Of a stretch of DNA of 64,000 nucleotides, positions 1 to 11,616 are shown piece by piece; the stretch's first letter is position 1; each line of letters begins with the position of its first letter. Where the stretch lies: the NCBI GenBank assembly GCA_963813025.1, contig CAWEXO010000011.1, positions 320,001 to 384,000 on the forward strand, in the 5' to 3' direction. Below the pieces are notes generated by a model that worked only from the letters and a program-made list of their open reading frames with translations, was not told where the DNA came from and ran no database searches. The position numbers and the translations under genes are program-made. The DNA comes from an uncultured Verrucomicrobiae bacterium (GTDB taxonomy: Bacteria > Verrucomicrobiota > Verrucomicrobiia > Chthoniobacterales > JAFAMB01).

Positions 1-122
1 GCGCGCTCCAGCGTCTGCAAGGCGTATTCGCCAAAGGCGATCGAGATATTGCGCGTCGCGTTGCCCGCGCGGCTGCCCCGCTGGGTCTTCCGATACTTCA
101 CTCTTTTTGGCATCAATGGCAT
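1..122 (-). CDS. rplP: 50S ribosomal protein L16, N-terminal part (runs off window start)
   Basis: Manual translation from ATG at 122: [40 protein letters not shown]; expected position after rpsC. Confidence 0.95.
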   Translation of the reverse strand, partial: MPLMPKRVKYRKTQRGSRAGNATRNISIAFGEYALQTLER

Positions 123-146
123 AAGATCTCCTCAAAAGCCTTCTAG

Positions 147-855
147 TTAGCCGGAGCTGCCGCAGGCCGAGCTTCGGCGGGAATCCCGGTCGCGCGGTTC
201 GCGTTCCCGACGTCGCGCGTGTCCTCTTCGGCTGTCTTCAGGCTTACAGATCCAGCATTTCACGCCGATTTTGCCGTAAACGGTGTTCGCTTCCGCAAAT
301 CCGTAATCGATCGGCGTGCGCAAAGTATGCAACGGAATCTTCCCTTCGCGATACCATTCCGCGCGCGAAATTTCCGCGCCACCCAGCCGGCCGGCACAGC
401 GAATCTTGATTCCCTGCGCCCCAAAATCCATCGTCGTCTGCACCGCTTTTTTCATCGCGCGGCGAAAAGAGATCCGGCGTTCGATTTGCAACGCCACATT
501 TTCCGCAACGAGTTGCGCGTCCAGTTCCGGCGTTTTGATTTCCTGAATATCGATCTTGACCTGTTTGCCGCCGGACATCCGGGTGATCTCTTCGGTCATC
601 TTCTCGATCTCCGCGCCTTTGCGGCCGATCACGATGCCGGGACGCGCCGTGTAAATCGTCACCCGGATACTGTTCCAGGCGCGCTCGATGATGATCTTCG
701 CAACCGCCGCCATGAAAGCTTCTTCTTCACGTAATCGCGGATCTGCAGGTCGGCATGCAGAAACTCAGGAAATTCCTTCGGCGAGGCATACCAGCGCGAA
801 CGCCAGTCCTATTCACCGCGAGACGAAATCCGATTGGATTAACTTTTTGTCCCAT
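147..855 (-). CDS. rpsC: 30S ribosomal protein S3 (frameshifted near 5' end, likely assembly error)
   Basis: [12 protein letters not shown] start in one frame; [31 protein letters not shown] in ORF 147..713. Confidence 0.95.
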
Positions 856-862
856 AAGTGAT

Positions 863-1333
863 TTATTTCTCCGTTTCCGCCTCCGCGTCGGTCGGTGGTT
901 TCTCTGCTGCTTTTCGTCCTTTGAGCCTCGGTGCGTTTCTCCCGCGCAGCCGCTGACAGATTCCGTTGTTCTGGCCGCAATTTTGGTTCGCGCGAGTCCC
1001 TCCTTCGTCACTCAACACGATCCGGATATGACTGGTTCGCTTCCGGATCGGGCTTGCACTGCCTCGAGCGCGAGGGCGAAACCGCTTGAAGGTCGGGCCT
1101 TCTCCGACAATTGCCTCCTTGACCAGCAAAGTGTCCACTTTGAGTTCCGCGTTGTTCTCGGCGTTCGCGATCGCGCTTTTCAAAGTCTTTTTCACCAGGC
1201 CGCCGCCTTCTTCGGACTGAACGTCAACAGATCCAGCGCATCCGCGGCCGAACGACCCTGGATTTCGCGCGTCACCTCCCTGCGCCTTAAACGCGGAAAT
1301 CCGCGCATAGCGATAAGTGGATGTGACTTGCAT
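863..1333 (-). CDS. rplV: 50S ribosomal protein L22 (internal compensating frameshifts)
   Basis: [48 protein letters not shown]. Confidence 0.93.
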   Translation of the reverse strand: MQVTSTYRYARISAFKAQGGDARNPGSFGRGCAGSVDVQSEEGGGLVKKTLKSAIANAENNAELKVDTLLVKEAIVGEGPTFKRFRPRARGSASPIRKRTSHIRIVLSDEGGTRANQNCGQNNGICQRLRGRNAPRLKGRKAAEKPPTDAEAETEK

Positions 1334-1346
1334 CTTCTTTGCTCCT

Positions 1347-1624
1347 CTACTTCGTCACCTTCGCGGTGTGCGCGCCGTGTTTCTTGAATGTCGGGTCGGC
1401 GAAAATTCGCCGAGCTTGTGCCCGACCATGTTCTCCGTCACGAAGACGGAATTAAAAATTTTGCCGTTGTGCACCAGAAACGTGTGACCGACGAAATCGG
1501 GCGTGATCATCGACCGGCGCGACCAGGTCTTGATCGGCTTCTTCGCTGTCCACGCTTCATCTTGTCGATTTTCTCGAGCAGATTCGGCTCGACAAACGGC
1601 CCTTTTTTCAGCGATCTGACCCAT
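1347..1624 (-). CDS. rpsS: 30S ribosomal protein S19 (frameshifted)
   Basis: [10 protein letters not shown] in one frame; [38 protein letters not shown] in another; TAG at 1347-1349. Confidence 0.95.
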
Positions 1625-1627
1625 AGG

Positions 1628-2473
1628 TTATTTCTTTCTTGTGCTTTGCGGCGCTCGACGATGAATGCGTCGCTCGGCTTATGTTTCCGGCGGGTCTTGA
1701 ATCCCTTGGCAGCTGGCCCCACGGGCTGACCGGATGATGGCGTCCGCCGCCGCCTTTGCTTTTGCCCTGGCCGCCGCCCATCGGGTGATCGATCGGGTTC
1801 ATCACCATGCCGCGGACGTGCGGCCGGCTGCCCAGCCAGCGGGTGCGTCCGGCTTTGCCGCTCGAAACGTTCATGTGATCGACGTTGCCGACCTGGCCGA
1901 TCGTCGCGTAAGCGTTCTCGTGGATCCGCCGGATCTCGCCCGAAGGCATCCGCACCAGCGCATAGCCGGCTTCGCGATTACTCAAAATCAGCCTGCTGGC
2001 CGGCACTGCGGGCGATCTGGCCGCCGCGGCCCGGAATGAGCTCGACATTATGAATCGACGTGCCCAGCGGAATCGCACTTAGCGGCAGAGCATTGCCCAC
2101 GTCCGGCGCCACGTTATCGCCGGCGACAACCTTGGCGCCGACTGACAGCCCGTCCGGAGCAAGAATGTAGGCCTTCTCCCTCCGTTTCATAGGAGCAAGC
2201 GATGCGCGCAGAGCGGTTCGGATCGTACTCGATCGCTTCGACCACCGCGGCGACGTCGCGAAGCTTCCGCTTGAAAGTCGATCACGCGATATTTCCGCTT
2301 GTGCCCGCCGCCGATGTGCCGCGAAGTGAGCCGGCCACGGTTGTTGCGGCCGCCGCTGCGCTTCAGCGGCTCAACCAGCGATTTCTCGGGATGATCCTTC
2401 GTGATCTCGTCGAACGCGGGCGTCTGTTTGAAACGCTGCGTCGGAGTGAGCGGCCGAAAATCTTTAGTGCCAT
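1628..2473 (-). CDS. rplB: 50S ribosomal protein L2 (multiple frameshifts)
   Basis: [73 protein letters not shown] spread over several frames. Confidence 0.95.
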
Positions 2474-2487
2474 CTGACTTTTCTCCC

Positions 2488-2770
2488 TTAAACCAGATCG
2501 ATCTTCTCGCCTTCAGCCAGCGTGACGATCGCTTTCTTCCAGTGCGACCGGCGGCCGAAGTCGGCCCGGCGTTCGCGTTTCTTCTTGCCGGCGTACTGGC
2601 AGGTATTCACCCGCACGACTGTCTTTCCGAAAAGCTCCTCGATGGCTTGCTTGATCTCGATTTTGTTCGCTCGCGGATCAACCCGAAAAACATACTGGTT
2701 GTGCTTTTCTCCCAGAACGTGGCTTTTTCCGTAAGCCGGATATTGCCAATAAATTTTTGGCCTCGTTCAT
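2488..2770 (-). CDS. rplW: 50S ribosomal protein L23 (frameshifted)
   Basis: Minus-strand translation gives [36 protein letters not shown]; between rplD and rplB. Confidence 0.9.
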
Positions 2771-3372
2771 GCGATCCTTTCCGCCAGCTGGGCGAGCGCT
2801 TCGCTGGTCACGATGATTTTCCGGAACGAAGCAGCTGTTCGGTATTCACTTCCGCCGCGGTGTTTAACCAGACCTCAGCGACATTGCGGGCCGCGCGGTA
2901 GGTCGCTTCGTCAAAACGTTCCGCGATCAGCAGCACTTTGCTGGCTTCGGTGTGAGACCGCAGCAGCTGAACGAAAGCTTTGGTTTTCGGCTGTTCGACC
3001 GCGATGGCTCGGTCACCAGGACGTCGCCGGCAATGATCCGCGCGCTGAGAGCCTTCAGAAGGCGAGGCGCCTGACAGACTTTGTGACCTTTTTTGAGTAA
3101 TCGCGCGGCTTGGGTCCGAAGACGACACCGCCGCCGGACCATACCGGCGAGGAGACATAGCCGGCCCGCGCCCGGCCGGTGCCTTTCTGCCGCCAAGGCT
3201 TCTTCCCGGAAGCGGTTACCTGCGCCTTGGTCTTTGTATTGGCGGTACCGCTGCGCCGATTGGCGCGCAGCGATACCACGACGTCGTGCACAGCCTGGGT
3301 GCCCCGGCCGTTCTCGATCACATCGATCTTCGCCTTCTTGGCTGCATCGATGGTTAAAACGGTTGCACTCAT
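2767..3372 (-). CDS. rplD: 50S ribosomal protein L4 (frameshifted)
   Basis: [46 protein letters not shown]-terminal part (RAARNV) in another frame. Confidence 0.95.
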
Positions 3373-4022
3373 GATTGCCTCGCGCTCTCCAGGTGCTGTT
3401 TCTTCTTGGCCGGACGAACGACCACGTAGCTGCCGTTCGCTCCCGGCACCGCGCCACAAACCAAAATGACGTTTTCTTTCCGACGCACCTGAACGATCCG
3501 CAGATTCTGCACCGTCACTCGCTCGTCACCCAGGTGGCCGGGCATGCCCATGTTTTTCCAGACCCGGCCGGGCGTGGACCGGTTGCCGATCGCGCCGTTG
3601 CGCCGATGCATCTTGGACCCGTGCGACGCAGGTTGCCCATCAAAACCGTGCTTCCTCACCACACCCTGAAAACCCTTTCCCTTGGATCGGCCGATGACAT
3701 CCACGAACTGCCCGGCGCAAACTGGCTGACAGTAAGATCCAGTCGCCGTTATCTGCGGACCGTTCGGGAGACGAAACTCGCGCACGAGTTTTTTCGGCTC
3801 AACGCCGGCCTTCTTGAAATGACCAAGCTCCGGTTTGGTCACCCGGGATTCTTTCTGCGTAGCGAATCCCACCTGCACGCCCCAGTAGCCATCTTTTTCC
3901 TCGGTTTTGCGCTGAAGCACGGTATTGTCTTCCGCTTCGATGACGGTCACCGGGGTAACTTTGCCGCTCGCGTCGTACACGCGCGTCATCCCGACTTTTC
4001 GTCCTAGCAATCCTATATTCAT
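3369..4022 (-). CDS. rplC: 50S ribosomal protein L3
   Basis: [46 protein letters not shown]. Confidence 0.97.
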   Translation of the reverse strand: MNIGLLGRKVGMTRVYDASGKVTPVTVIEAEDNTVLQRKTEEKDGYWGVQVGFATQKESRVTKPELGHFKKAGVEPKKLVREFRLPNGPQITATGSYCQPVCAGQFVDVIGRSKGKGFQGVVRKHGFDGQPASHGSKMHRRNGAIGNRSTPGRVWKNMGMPGHLGDERVTVQNLRIVQVRRKENVILVCGAVPGANGSYVVVRPAKKKQHLESARQS

Positions 4023-4039
4023 GGGCGCGTGAAAAACGG

Positions 4040-4351
4040 TTAAATTTTGATCGTGATGTCCACGCCCGCCGGCAAGTTCAGCTTCCGCAGCTCGTCCACG
4101 GTCTTGGCGGTCGGCTCGATGATGTCGAGCAGCCGTTTGTGGGTGCGGATCTCAAACTGGTCCATCGATTTTTTGTCGACGTGCGGTGAGCGGTTAACGG
4201 TAAATTTCTCAATGCTCGTCGGCAGGGGAATCGGTCCGGCAACTTTCGCGCCGGTGCGTTTCGCTGTCTCGACGATCTCGGTCGCTGATTGGTCGAGCAT
4301 GCGAAAATCAAATCCCTTCAGCCGGATGCGGATGCGTTGTCCGTTTGTCAT
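4040..4351 (-). CDS. rpsJ: 30S ribosomal protein S10
   Basis: [43 protein letters not shown]. Confidence 0.97.
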   Translation of the reverse strand: MTNGQRIRIRLKGFDFRMLDQSATEIVETAKRTGAKVAGPIPLPTSIEKFTVNRSPHVDKKSMDQFEIRTHKRLLDIIEPTAKTVDELRKLNLPAGVDITIKI

Positions 4352-4358
4352 CGAATTT

Positions 4359-6499
4359 CTAGGCTCCTTTTTGGTCCAACACCGCCGCAACAATTTGCGC
4401 AGGCACCGGCTCGAAATGCGACGGCTCCATGGAATAGGAAGCGCGCCCTTTGGAAAGCGAACGGATGGCGGTCGCGTAGCCGAACATCTCCGCCAACGGC
4501 ACTTCCGCATGCACGACGGTGGCGACACCTTTGTTTTCCATGCTGATGATCCGGCCGCGGCGCCGATTCAAGTCGCCCATGATGTCGCCCTGGTACTCCT
4601 CCGGCGTCACGCCTCCACCTTCATGATCGGCTCGAGCAGGATCGAGTTGGCCTTTTTGAAGGCGTCCTTCATCGCGAAGATCGCGGCCAATTTAAAGGCC
4701 AACTCGTTCGAGTCGACGTCGTGGTACGACCCGTCAACGATGTCGACTTCGAGGTCGATCACCGGGTAACCGCCCACGATACCGTTTAAGACGGCTTCTT
4801 CGATGCCCTTTCTACCGCAGGGATGTATTCCTTCGGAATCGTGCCGCCGACGATCTTGTTCTCGATCGTGAGACCTTTGCCGCGTTCGCGCGGTTCAACA
4901 TTGACCATGACGTGTCCGTACTGGCCGCGACCGCCGGATTGCTTGATCAGCTTGCCTTCGCCGTTCGGCGTTCTTCGTGATCGTTTCGCGATAAGCGATC
5001 TGCGGTTTGCCGGCGTTCGCATCCACCTTGAACTCGCGGAGCATCCGGTCCCGAATAATTTCCAGATGAAGCTCGCCCATTCCGGCGATGATCGTCTGGC
5101 CGGTGTCTTCGTTGGTGTAAACCCGGAAAGTCGGATCTTCTTCGGCCAAGCGCTGTAAAGCGGTGCCCATCTTTTCCTGGTCGAGCTTGGTCTTGGGCTC
5201 GATCGCCATGGAGATGACCGGGTCGGGAAACGACGGCGGCTCGAGCAGAATCGGATGATCCTCGTCGCAGAGCGTATCGCCCGTCGTGATGTTTTTGATT
5301 CCGACGATCGCGGCGATATCGCCCGAGTAACAAGTCTCGATGTCTTCGCGCTTGTCCGCCTGAATCTGGATCAGCCGGCTGATGCGCTCGCGCTTGTTCG
5401 TTCGCGGATTGTAAACGGTATCGCCTTTGGAAAGTTTGCCGGAGTAAACCCGGAAGAAGACCAGCTTCCCGACAAACGGATCGCTCCAGAGCTTGAACGC
5501 CAGCGAACAGAAATTGCCGTTATCGTCCGTCACGGCTTCCTTCGGCTCGAGCGTGTCGGGATCAATGACCCCTGGCCGGCGGAATATCGAGCGGGCCGGG
5601 AAGATAATCGACGACCGCATCAACGAGATACTGAACGCCTTTGTTCTTAAAGGCGGAACCGCCGGCGACCGGAACAAACTGATTGGCGATGGTCAGCCGA
5701 CGGATGCCGGCTTTGAGATCTTTTGGCGTTACCGGCTTTTCTTCGAGGAAGAGAGTTCCGACTTCGTCGTCGAGGTTGGCTACTTGCTCGACGAGGTCGG
5801 CGTAAGCCTTGTCGACCATGTCCTTATATTCGGCCGGGACTTCGGTAATTTCGTAGGTGGAACCGTAGATGTCGCTGTCGGAATAAAGAACGGCTTCTTG
5901 TTAACCACATCGAGTTGGCCGTGAAGTTGATCTTCTTTGCCTAACGGAATCAGAACTGGCCAGGCATTCGCGCCCAGCTTTTCGTGGATCTCCTTCACGA
6001 CGTTGTCGAAATTGGCGCCGACCCGGTCCATCTTGTTCACGAAACAGATGCGCGGCACATTATATTTGTTGGCCTGGCGCCAAACCGTTTCGGACTGCGG
6101 CTGCACCCCGGCCACGCCGTCGAAAACGACAATCGCGCCGTCCAGCACGCGGAGCGAACGCTCCACTTCCGCAGTGAAATCCACGTGGCCGGGCGTATCA
6201 ATGATATTGATCCGCAGCTTGTGGCCGTCGTATAGCTTGAAGACGCCCGGTTCAACTCGCTGAGTCCAGAAGCAGGTCGTCGCAGCCGAGGTGATCGTGA
6301 TGCCACGCTCGCGTTCCTGCTCCATCCAGTCGGTCACCGTGGTGCCTTCATGCACTTCGCCGATCCTATGGATCATGCCGGTATAAAACAGGATCCGCTC
6401 GGTGAGAGTCGTTTTGCCGGCGTCGATGTGCGCGCTGATGCCGATGTTGCGGGTGCGCTCGAGCGGATACGCCCGGTTCGGCGAATTCGGGTTCGTCAT
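4359..6499 (-). CDS. fusA: Elongation factor G (several frameshifts, likely assembly errors; start may be 6532)
   Basis: [69 protein letters not shown] across ORFs 5780..6532, 4895..5677, 4786..5022, 4359..4610. Confidence 0.96.
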
Positions 6500-6538
6500 G
6501 GCCGCAGCCTTTTCTAAAACGGTTGAGGTCACAGGTGT

Positions 6539-7009
6539 TTACCAGCGGAAATGCGCAAATGCCCGGTTGGCTTGCGCCATTTTATGCGTGTCGTCGCGCT
6601 TTTTAATCGCGTTGCCCTGGCCCGCGGCGGCATCCTTGATTTCCGCCGCCAGGTTGTCGGTCATCGTCCCACGGCGATTTTTCGCGAAAGTGACGATCCA
6701 GCGCATCGCTAAAGAGACCTGGCGACTCGTTGAGACTTCGATCGGAACCTGATAAGTCGCGCCACCCACCCGGCGCGATTTGACCTCAAGCCGAGGTTTC
6801 GCGTTTTCCAGCGCTTTGTGCAAGGTTTCCAGCGGATCGACCGAATCCGAGCCTTCGCGGCTTTTTTCGATCGCCTGATAGACAATGCGCTCGGCCAAAG
6901 ATTTTTTCCCACCCCGCATGACGGTGTCGATAAGCCGGGCCACGGCCGGACTGCCATAACGGCTATCGAGCTTTTCTGATCGATGAATGACTCTGCGACG
7001 ACGTGACAT
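6539..7009 (-). CDS. rpsG: 30S ribosomal protein S7
   Basis: [42 protein letters not shown]. Confidence 0.98.
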   Translation of the reverse strand: MSRRRRVIHRSEKLDSRYGSPAVARLIDTVMRGGKKSLAERIVYQAIEKSREGSDSVDPLETLHKALENAKPRLEVKSRRVGGATYQVPIEVSTSRQVSLAMRWIVTFAKNRRGTMTDNLAAEIKDAAAGQGNAIKKRDDTHKMAQANRAFAHFRW

Positions 7010-7015
7010 AGGTCC

Positions 7016-7426
7016 TTACTTTTTTTTGCCTTTCCCGGCTGGTTCAGCGCCTCCCTCTTTCGGACGCTTGGCGCCATATTTGGAACGGCTTCGCCGGCGT
7101 CCATCGACTCCGAGGCTATCCAACGTTCCGCGAACAATATGATATCGGACGCCGGGCAGATCTTTTACTCGACCTCCGCGCACGAGCACGATCGAGTGTT
7201 CCTGCAGGTTATGACCCTCGCCGGGAATGTAGGCGATCACTTCCTGCCCATTGGTCAGCCGCACTTTGGCGACCTTTCGCAATGCGGAGTTTGGCTTCTT
7301 CGGAGTGCGCGTCATAACTTGAACACAGACACCGCGTCGCTGCGGACAGTCCGCCAGAGCGGGCGACTTTGATTTCACCGCCATCTGTCTTCGACCTTTT
7401 CGAATAAGCTGGTTAATAGTTGGCAT
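7016..7426 (-). CDS. rpsL: 30S ribosomal protein S12
   Basis: [42 protein letters not shown]. Confidence 0.99.
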   Translation of the reverse strand: MPTINQLIRKGRRQMAVKSKSPALADCPQRRGVCVQVMTRTPKKPNSALRKVAKVRLTNGQEVIAYIPGEGHNLQEHSIVLVRGGRVKDLPGVRYHIVRGTLDSLGVDGRRRSRSKYGAKRPKEGGAEPAGKGKKK

Positions 7427-7514
7427 CTAAAGAGTTCGGTTTCTCCCGTCGTCGAGGGACTAAAAAACCGCGCTGGCAACTGGTTTCTCTTCCGCCAGAC
7501 GCGGGGGAGCGTGG

Positions 7515-7542
7515 ACTATAATAGGTTTCCCTACCGGCGCAA
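7515..7542 (-). promoter_or_regulatory. Candidate sigma70 promoter of the str operon
   Basis: Minus strand TTGCGC-16 nt-TATAGT, about 90 nt upstream of the rpsL ATG. Confidence 0.55.
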
Positions 7543-7709
7543 GAGAATTTTAGTCAGGCGCGCTAAGCGCGAGCCCCTCGAAATACGAAGACCTGACGGT
7601 ACCACACCGACAAGCGTTCGCAAGGGAGGGAAGACACGCCGCGCTTGTTTGAACAGTTCTCAGAAACGGCTGTTACCCGGAAGATAAATGTGCTTTTCTG
7701 AGCAGCGCC

Positions 7710-8132
7710 ATGGCTATTCGCTTTGATCGCCAAATCACGGTAGCGCTGGAAAACCGGCCGGGACAGCTCGCGACCGTTTGCCGGCTCCTGGCGGAAGCTT
7801 CGATCAGCATCGACGGGATCGCGGTGATCGATAATCTCGAGCAAGGTGTCATTCGCCTCATAACCAGCGATCCCGACAAATGCTCTCGGATTCTAAGCAA
7901 AGCAGGTTGTTACGTGGTGGAAGGCGACGTGCTGGTCCTGGATACCCTCGATCGGCCGGGCTTGCTCGCCCGGGTCACCACTCAACTCGCGGAAGCCAAG
8001 ATCAACATTGACTACGTTTATGGTACCAGCGAACACCCCGGATCGCCCATGCGCTTGGTGCTGAAAGCCTCGGATCTTGCCCGGGCCAAGCAAACGATCG
8101 AATCGTTTCTGACCGGGTCCGGCCCGGTGTGA
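7710..8132 (+). CDS. Tandem ACT-domain (amino acid-binding) protein
   Basis: Two ACT repeats: QITVALENRPGQLATV..ISIDGI and DRPGLLARV..INIDYVY. Confidence 0.85.
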   Translation: MAIRFDRQITVALENRPGQLATVCRLLAEASISIDGIAVIDNLEQGVIRLITSDPDKCSRILSKAGCYVVEGDVLVLDTLDRPGLLARVTTQLAEAKINIDYVYGTSEHPGSPMRLVLKASDLARAKQTIESFLTGSGPV

Positions 8133-8155
8133 ACGGCGTTTATGCGAGCGCTCTG

Positions 8156-8326
8156 GTAGCGCGGACGACCTCGTCCGTAAACCGGAGCTAATGAAGCCGT
8201 GTGCCACACCGGAAGCCGGCGAGCAGGATTTGGTCGAGTCTATGCAACGAGGTGCGTCGCCGGAGTTGAGGTATTGTGCGAACTCGGCTGCGTAGCCACC
8301 CGGACGGACGGGGCCGTCCGCGCTAC
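8156..8326. repeat. REP doublet (REPIN-like), GTAG family
   Basis: GTAGCGCGGACGACCTCGTCCGT (8156-8178) and inverted copy ACGGACGGGGCCGTCCGCGCTAC (8304-8326), 21/23 match; each is GTAG plus a palindrome. Confidence 0.75.
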
Positions 8327-8337
8327 GCCGAAAAGGT

Positions 8338-8367
8338 CGAAGCCGGCGCCTTGCGGCGCCGGCTTCG
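8338..8367 (-). terminator. Hairpin terminator downstream of rnpB
   Basis: Minus strand CGAAGCCGGCGCC-GCAA-GGCGCCGGCTTCG, perfect 13-bp stem with GNRA loop, followed by ACCTTTT. Confidence 0.7.
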
Positions 8368-8370
8368 CTT

Positions 8371-8797
8371 CGTGGCATAAGCCGAATTCTGTCCGGTTCG
8401 GTACAACGGAACCGTGGCGATCATTTATCTTCGCCAAATTACGGCGATCCCGGATATCCGGGACGCGACTATTACCCGAGAGGTCCCAGTCTGCGACCGA
8501 GGGGACAGGCGGCCCGCCTCTCTGTTCTGTCTTGCACCACTCGGGGTTTTTCCTGCGCCAGGCTTTACAGCCAAGCCGGTGGGCTCTTACCCCGCCTTTT
8601 CATCCTTACCCGGCTCCATCCGTCGGCTCCCAAGGGAACCGTTTCAACCAAGCCGAGCGGTATCTTTTCTGTGACACTATCCGTCAATCGCGGCTTACGC
8701 CGTCAATTGCCCGCGTTTTCACGCGGCGAGTTGCCTGTTGGTGTTCGGACTTTCCTCTGCCTGGCTTGGGAGCCAGACAGCGATCGCCTGCTCACGC
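8371..8797 (-). ncRNA. rnpB: RNase P RNA (type A)
   Basis: Minus strand has GAGGAAAGTCCG near the 5' end, internal GTGTCACAGAAA and GGTAAGAGCCCACC, and ACAGAATTCGGCTTAT at the 3' end; P1 ends pair. Confidence 0.95.
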
Positions 8798-8802
8798 TGC
8801 TT

Positions 8803-8831
8803 ATTATACTAGCAAGGTATTTCAGCCACAA
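8803..8831 (-). promoter_or_regulatory. Candidate sigma70 promoter of rnpB
   Basis: Minus strand TTGTGG-17 nt-TATAAT directly upstream of the predicted RNA 5' end. Confidence 0.7.
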
Positions 8832-8846
8832 GACCAGGGCGGTCGG

Positions 8847-8952
8847 GTTTCGCGTTTCGCGTTTCACGTTTTACGTATCACGTTTTACGTTTCGCGGTTA
8901 CGTATGCCCGGCACGACGACGAGAAACGCCAAACCTGAAAACACGAAACGTA
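8847..8952. repeat. Inverted pair of GTTTCRC heptamer arrays
   Basis: Seven units gtttcgc gtttcgc gtttcac gttttac gtatcac gttttac gtttcgc (8847-8895); degenerate reverse-complement array 8921-8952. Confidence 0.8.
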
Positions 8953-9231
8953 TCAGAGCCGGTCGATTCGCCGGGCCAACGTAAAATCCAGATCCGTCAG
9001 CCCTCCGGCTGAATGGGTTGCCAAAACAAGCCGCACTTTGTTCCAGCGGATGTCGATATCGGGATGATGGTTCAGCGTTTCGGCCGTCCCAGCAACTTTG
9101 TTGACGAAATCGATCGCGGCCGCAAAATCCTTGAACTGAAAGGTCCTTTTGATTGTGTCGCCTTCCAAGCTCCACTCGGGGACTTCGGCAAGCAGCTGGT
9201 GGACAGCTTCAGGTTCAAGTAATGCGGGCAT
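8953..9231 (-). CDS. Pterin-4-alpha-carbinolamine dehydratase
   Basis: IKRTFQFKDF..AETLNHHPDIDIRWNKV..THSAGGLTDLDF. Confidence 0.93.
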   Translation of the reverse strand: MPALLEPEAVHQLLAEVPEWSLEGDTIKRTFQFKDFAAAIDFVNKVAGTAETLNHHPDIDIRWNKVRLVLATHSAGGLTDLDFTLARRIDRL

Positions 9232-9457
9232 AGCTGGAGAATGCACTCAGGAACGACACCACAGGTTTAGCCACCCTCACCGATCCTTGTCACCCGTCAA
9301 GCGAGGAGTAAACCGTTCCTGGACGGAGATTTGAGCTAGTGCACCCTTGGGCCGCGGCGACGTCATCGTTATAGATGAGACGGCGCACTAATGTTCTCGT
9401 TTGCGCCCATTTGCGGCTTCATGTATGTAAGCCACCCGCCCTTGTTCAGAGCAATAA

Positions 9458-10432
9458 ATGCAAACCACCGGACGCATCTACAACAGTATTGTCGAAACTG
9501 TCGGGCAAACGCCCTTGGTTAGACTGAATCGAATCACCGTTGAGGTTCCCGCGACAATCGCCTTGAAATGCGAATTTTTTAATCCGCTAGGAAGCGTCAA
9601 AGATCGGATTGGTATGGCGATGATCGAGGCCGCCGAGAAAGAGGGAATCATCTCCAACGAAACCGTCATTGTGGAGCCGACCAGCGGAAACACGGGTATT
9701 GCGCTCGCCTTCGTCTGCGCTGCCAAGGGGTACCGATTGATCCTGACGATGCCGGACACGATGAGTTTGGAAAGGCGAACCCTGCTGGCGATGCTCGGGG
9801 CGAAGCTGGTCTTGACTCCGGGTTCTGAAGGGATGAAAGGCGCCATCGGACGCGCCGAGGAAATCCTGAGGAGCACTCCAAACTCCTGGATGCCTCAACA
9901 GTTTGAGAATCCAGCCAATCCCGAGATCCATCGGACGACGACCGCGGAAGAGATTTGGGCGGATACGGATGGGAAGGTGGACATTCTGGTGGCGGCAGTC
10001 GGAACTGGCGGCACAATTACCGGCGTCGCTGAAGTGATCAAAAAACGGAAACCGAGCTTTCGGGCGATCGCGGTCGAACCAAAAGATTCGCCGGTGATCG
10101 AGCAAACGCTGCGAGGTGAGCCGCTGAAACCTGGCCCCCACAAGATCCAGGGTACCGGAGCGGGTTTCATTCCCGGCAATCTGCATCTCGATATCGTGGA
10201 CGAGGTGATCGCGGTGTCCAACGAAGATTCTTTTATGATGGCCCGGCGTCTGGCGAAAGAAGAGGGCATCCTGGCCGGTATTAGTTCCGGCGCGAATGTC
10301 CACGCAGCGCTCGAGATAGCACGCCGGCCCGAGAATAAAGGCAAATTGATTGTTACGGTGGCTTGTTCTACCGGGGAGCGTTATCTCAGCACGGCGCTCG
10401 CCGATCAAGCCCGAGCCGAAGTCGGTGGATAG
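9458..10432 (+). CDS. cysK: Cysteine synthase A
   Basis: NPLGSVKDR (PLP lysine), [29 protein letters not shown]. Confidence 0.96.
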   Translation: MQTTGRIYNSIVETVGQTPLVRLNRITVEVPATIALKCEFFNPLGSVKDRIGMAMIEAAEKEGIISNETVIVEPTSGNTGIALAFVCAAKGYRLILTMPDTMSLERRTLLAMLGAKLVLTPGSEGMKGAIGRAEEILRSTPNSWMPQQFENPANPEIHRTTTAEEIWADTDGKVDILVAAVGTGGTITGVAEVIKKRKPSFRAIAVEPKDSPVIEQTLRGEPLKPGPHKIQGTGAGFIPGNLHLDIVDEVIAVSNEDSFMMARRLAKEEGILAGISSGANVHAALEIARRPENKGKLIVTVACSTGERYLSTALADQARAEVGG

Positions 10433-10436
10433 AAAA

Positions 10437-11102
10437 ATGACAGGCCGTCCCACCGCCGAGCCAGCGGTCAGCGCATTTGATCCCGTCGTCTTTTGGATGC
10501 TCCATCGCCGCTCGGTGATCATCGGCGCGATTGTCGTTGTAGTTGCCGCTTTGACCGCCGGTTTTTATCTCGGCTTTGCGGCGTACCAGGCGCAGAGGGC
10601 CGCCGCGATCTACGCTACCGCGAACTCCATCGATAGCTGGCGATCGGTCATCCGCCAATTCCCCGGTTCGACCGCCGCGGGAAACGCCGCCCTGCGGATT
10701 GCCGCACAGCTCGCGGCCGACGGAAAATTCGCGGAGTCCGACCGCGAGTACCAGAACTTCATTCATCAGTATCCGCGACATCCGTTCCTGGTAAATGGTT
10801 ATGTCGGTCTGGCCCAGAATGCTGAGGCAGAAGGGAACATTGATCGAGCAATCCAAACCTACGCTCAGGTAGTGAGCCAGTTTCCCGGCTCTTACCAAGC
10901 TCCCCTCGCCCTTTTTCATCAAGCTCGTCTCACTAAAGAAAAGGGCCAGAAGCAAGCCGCTCGCACGCTCTTTGAGACTGTAGTCCAGCGTTATCCGGGC
11001 AGCTTTGTCGCGTCGATGGCGCGCCAGGAGGCCGAGAAATTGACCGACGCACAAGCAGACAGACCCAAAGCGGAATCAGTGACCCTGGCGCCAGGCCGCT
11101 AA
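10437..11102 (+). CDS. Membrane-anchored tetratricopeptide repeat protein (YfgM/CpoB-like)
   Basis: N-terminal hydrophobic helix then repeated helical units ending QFPGS/QYPRH/RYPGS. Confidence 0.75.
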   Translation: MTGRPTAEPAVSAFDPVVFWMLHRRSVIIGAIVVVVAALTAGFYLGFAAYQAQRAAAIYATANSIDSWRSVIRQFPGSTAAGNAALRIAAQLAADGKFAESDREYQNFIHQYPRHPFLVNGYVGLAQNAEAEGNIDRAIQTYAQVVSQFPGSYQAPLALFHQARLTKEKGQKQAARTLFETVVQRYPGSFVASMARQEAEKLTDAQADRPKAESVTLAPGR

Positions 11103-11160
11103 GCGAGGACGAAAATTCGGAGACCGTCTCCGCTCGCACCGGAGCGCAAGCCAGACACCC

Positions 11161-11616
11161 TTAGGAAGTTTCCAATACCTTCTTTCGTTCCAGAAAAGCT
11201 TCCCGGCGCTCTTCAAACTCGATCAGGTCGAAATAGGTCTTTACACCCTCCGAACCATTTCCTCCAAGTTCTGCAAGAATGTGCTGAAATCGCGCTTGCT
11301 TCGCGGGGGTGTTCGGGACTTTCGCGATAGACGCCTCGTTCCAGGACTCGATCTCGGCCGTGGTACGCGGCAGCCCTCTGACCTTGATCCATTCGAGAAT
11401 TTGCCGGTCTTCGGCTAAGTCGTTGGCCATTGCCTCGAATTCGTCGCCGTCAATCCCCAGAAAAACCAGAAGATGGCGGTCAAAGCCAGAATTCTTGTAG
11501 TTATAACCCTGCAAAAGACCTTGCTTGGCGAGCCGGGCTTTGTCGATCAACCGGGGAAGATGGACCAATCCGCCCAGCCGTTGGTAAGGGCTCCGGGGAA
11601 ATATTTTTGGGGTCAT
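11161..11616 (-). CDS. DUF5069-like protein
   Basis: PRSPYQRLGGLVHLPRLIDKAR..FDRHLLVFLGID..TYFDLIEFEE; ATGA overlap with the upstream gene. Confidence 0.8.
   Translation of the reverse strand: MTPKIFPRSPYQRLGGLVHLPRLIDKARLAKQGLLQGYNYKNSGFDRHLLVFLGIDGDEFEAMANDLAEDRQILEWIKVRGLPRTTAEIESWNEASIAKVPNTPAKQARFQHILAELGGNGSEGVKTYFDLIEFEERREAFLERKKVLETS

Noticed and set aside
147..6499. Programmed frameshifting or pseudogenisation of ribosomal proteins and EF-G
   Set aside because: Essential genes with many scattered indels and otherwise conserved sequence; assembly error is far more likely.
8199..8984. 261-aa ORF on the + strand
   Set aside because: Antisense to RNase P RNA and runs through repeats; no recognisable protein motif.
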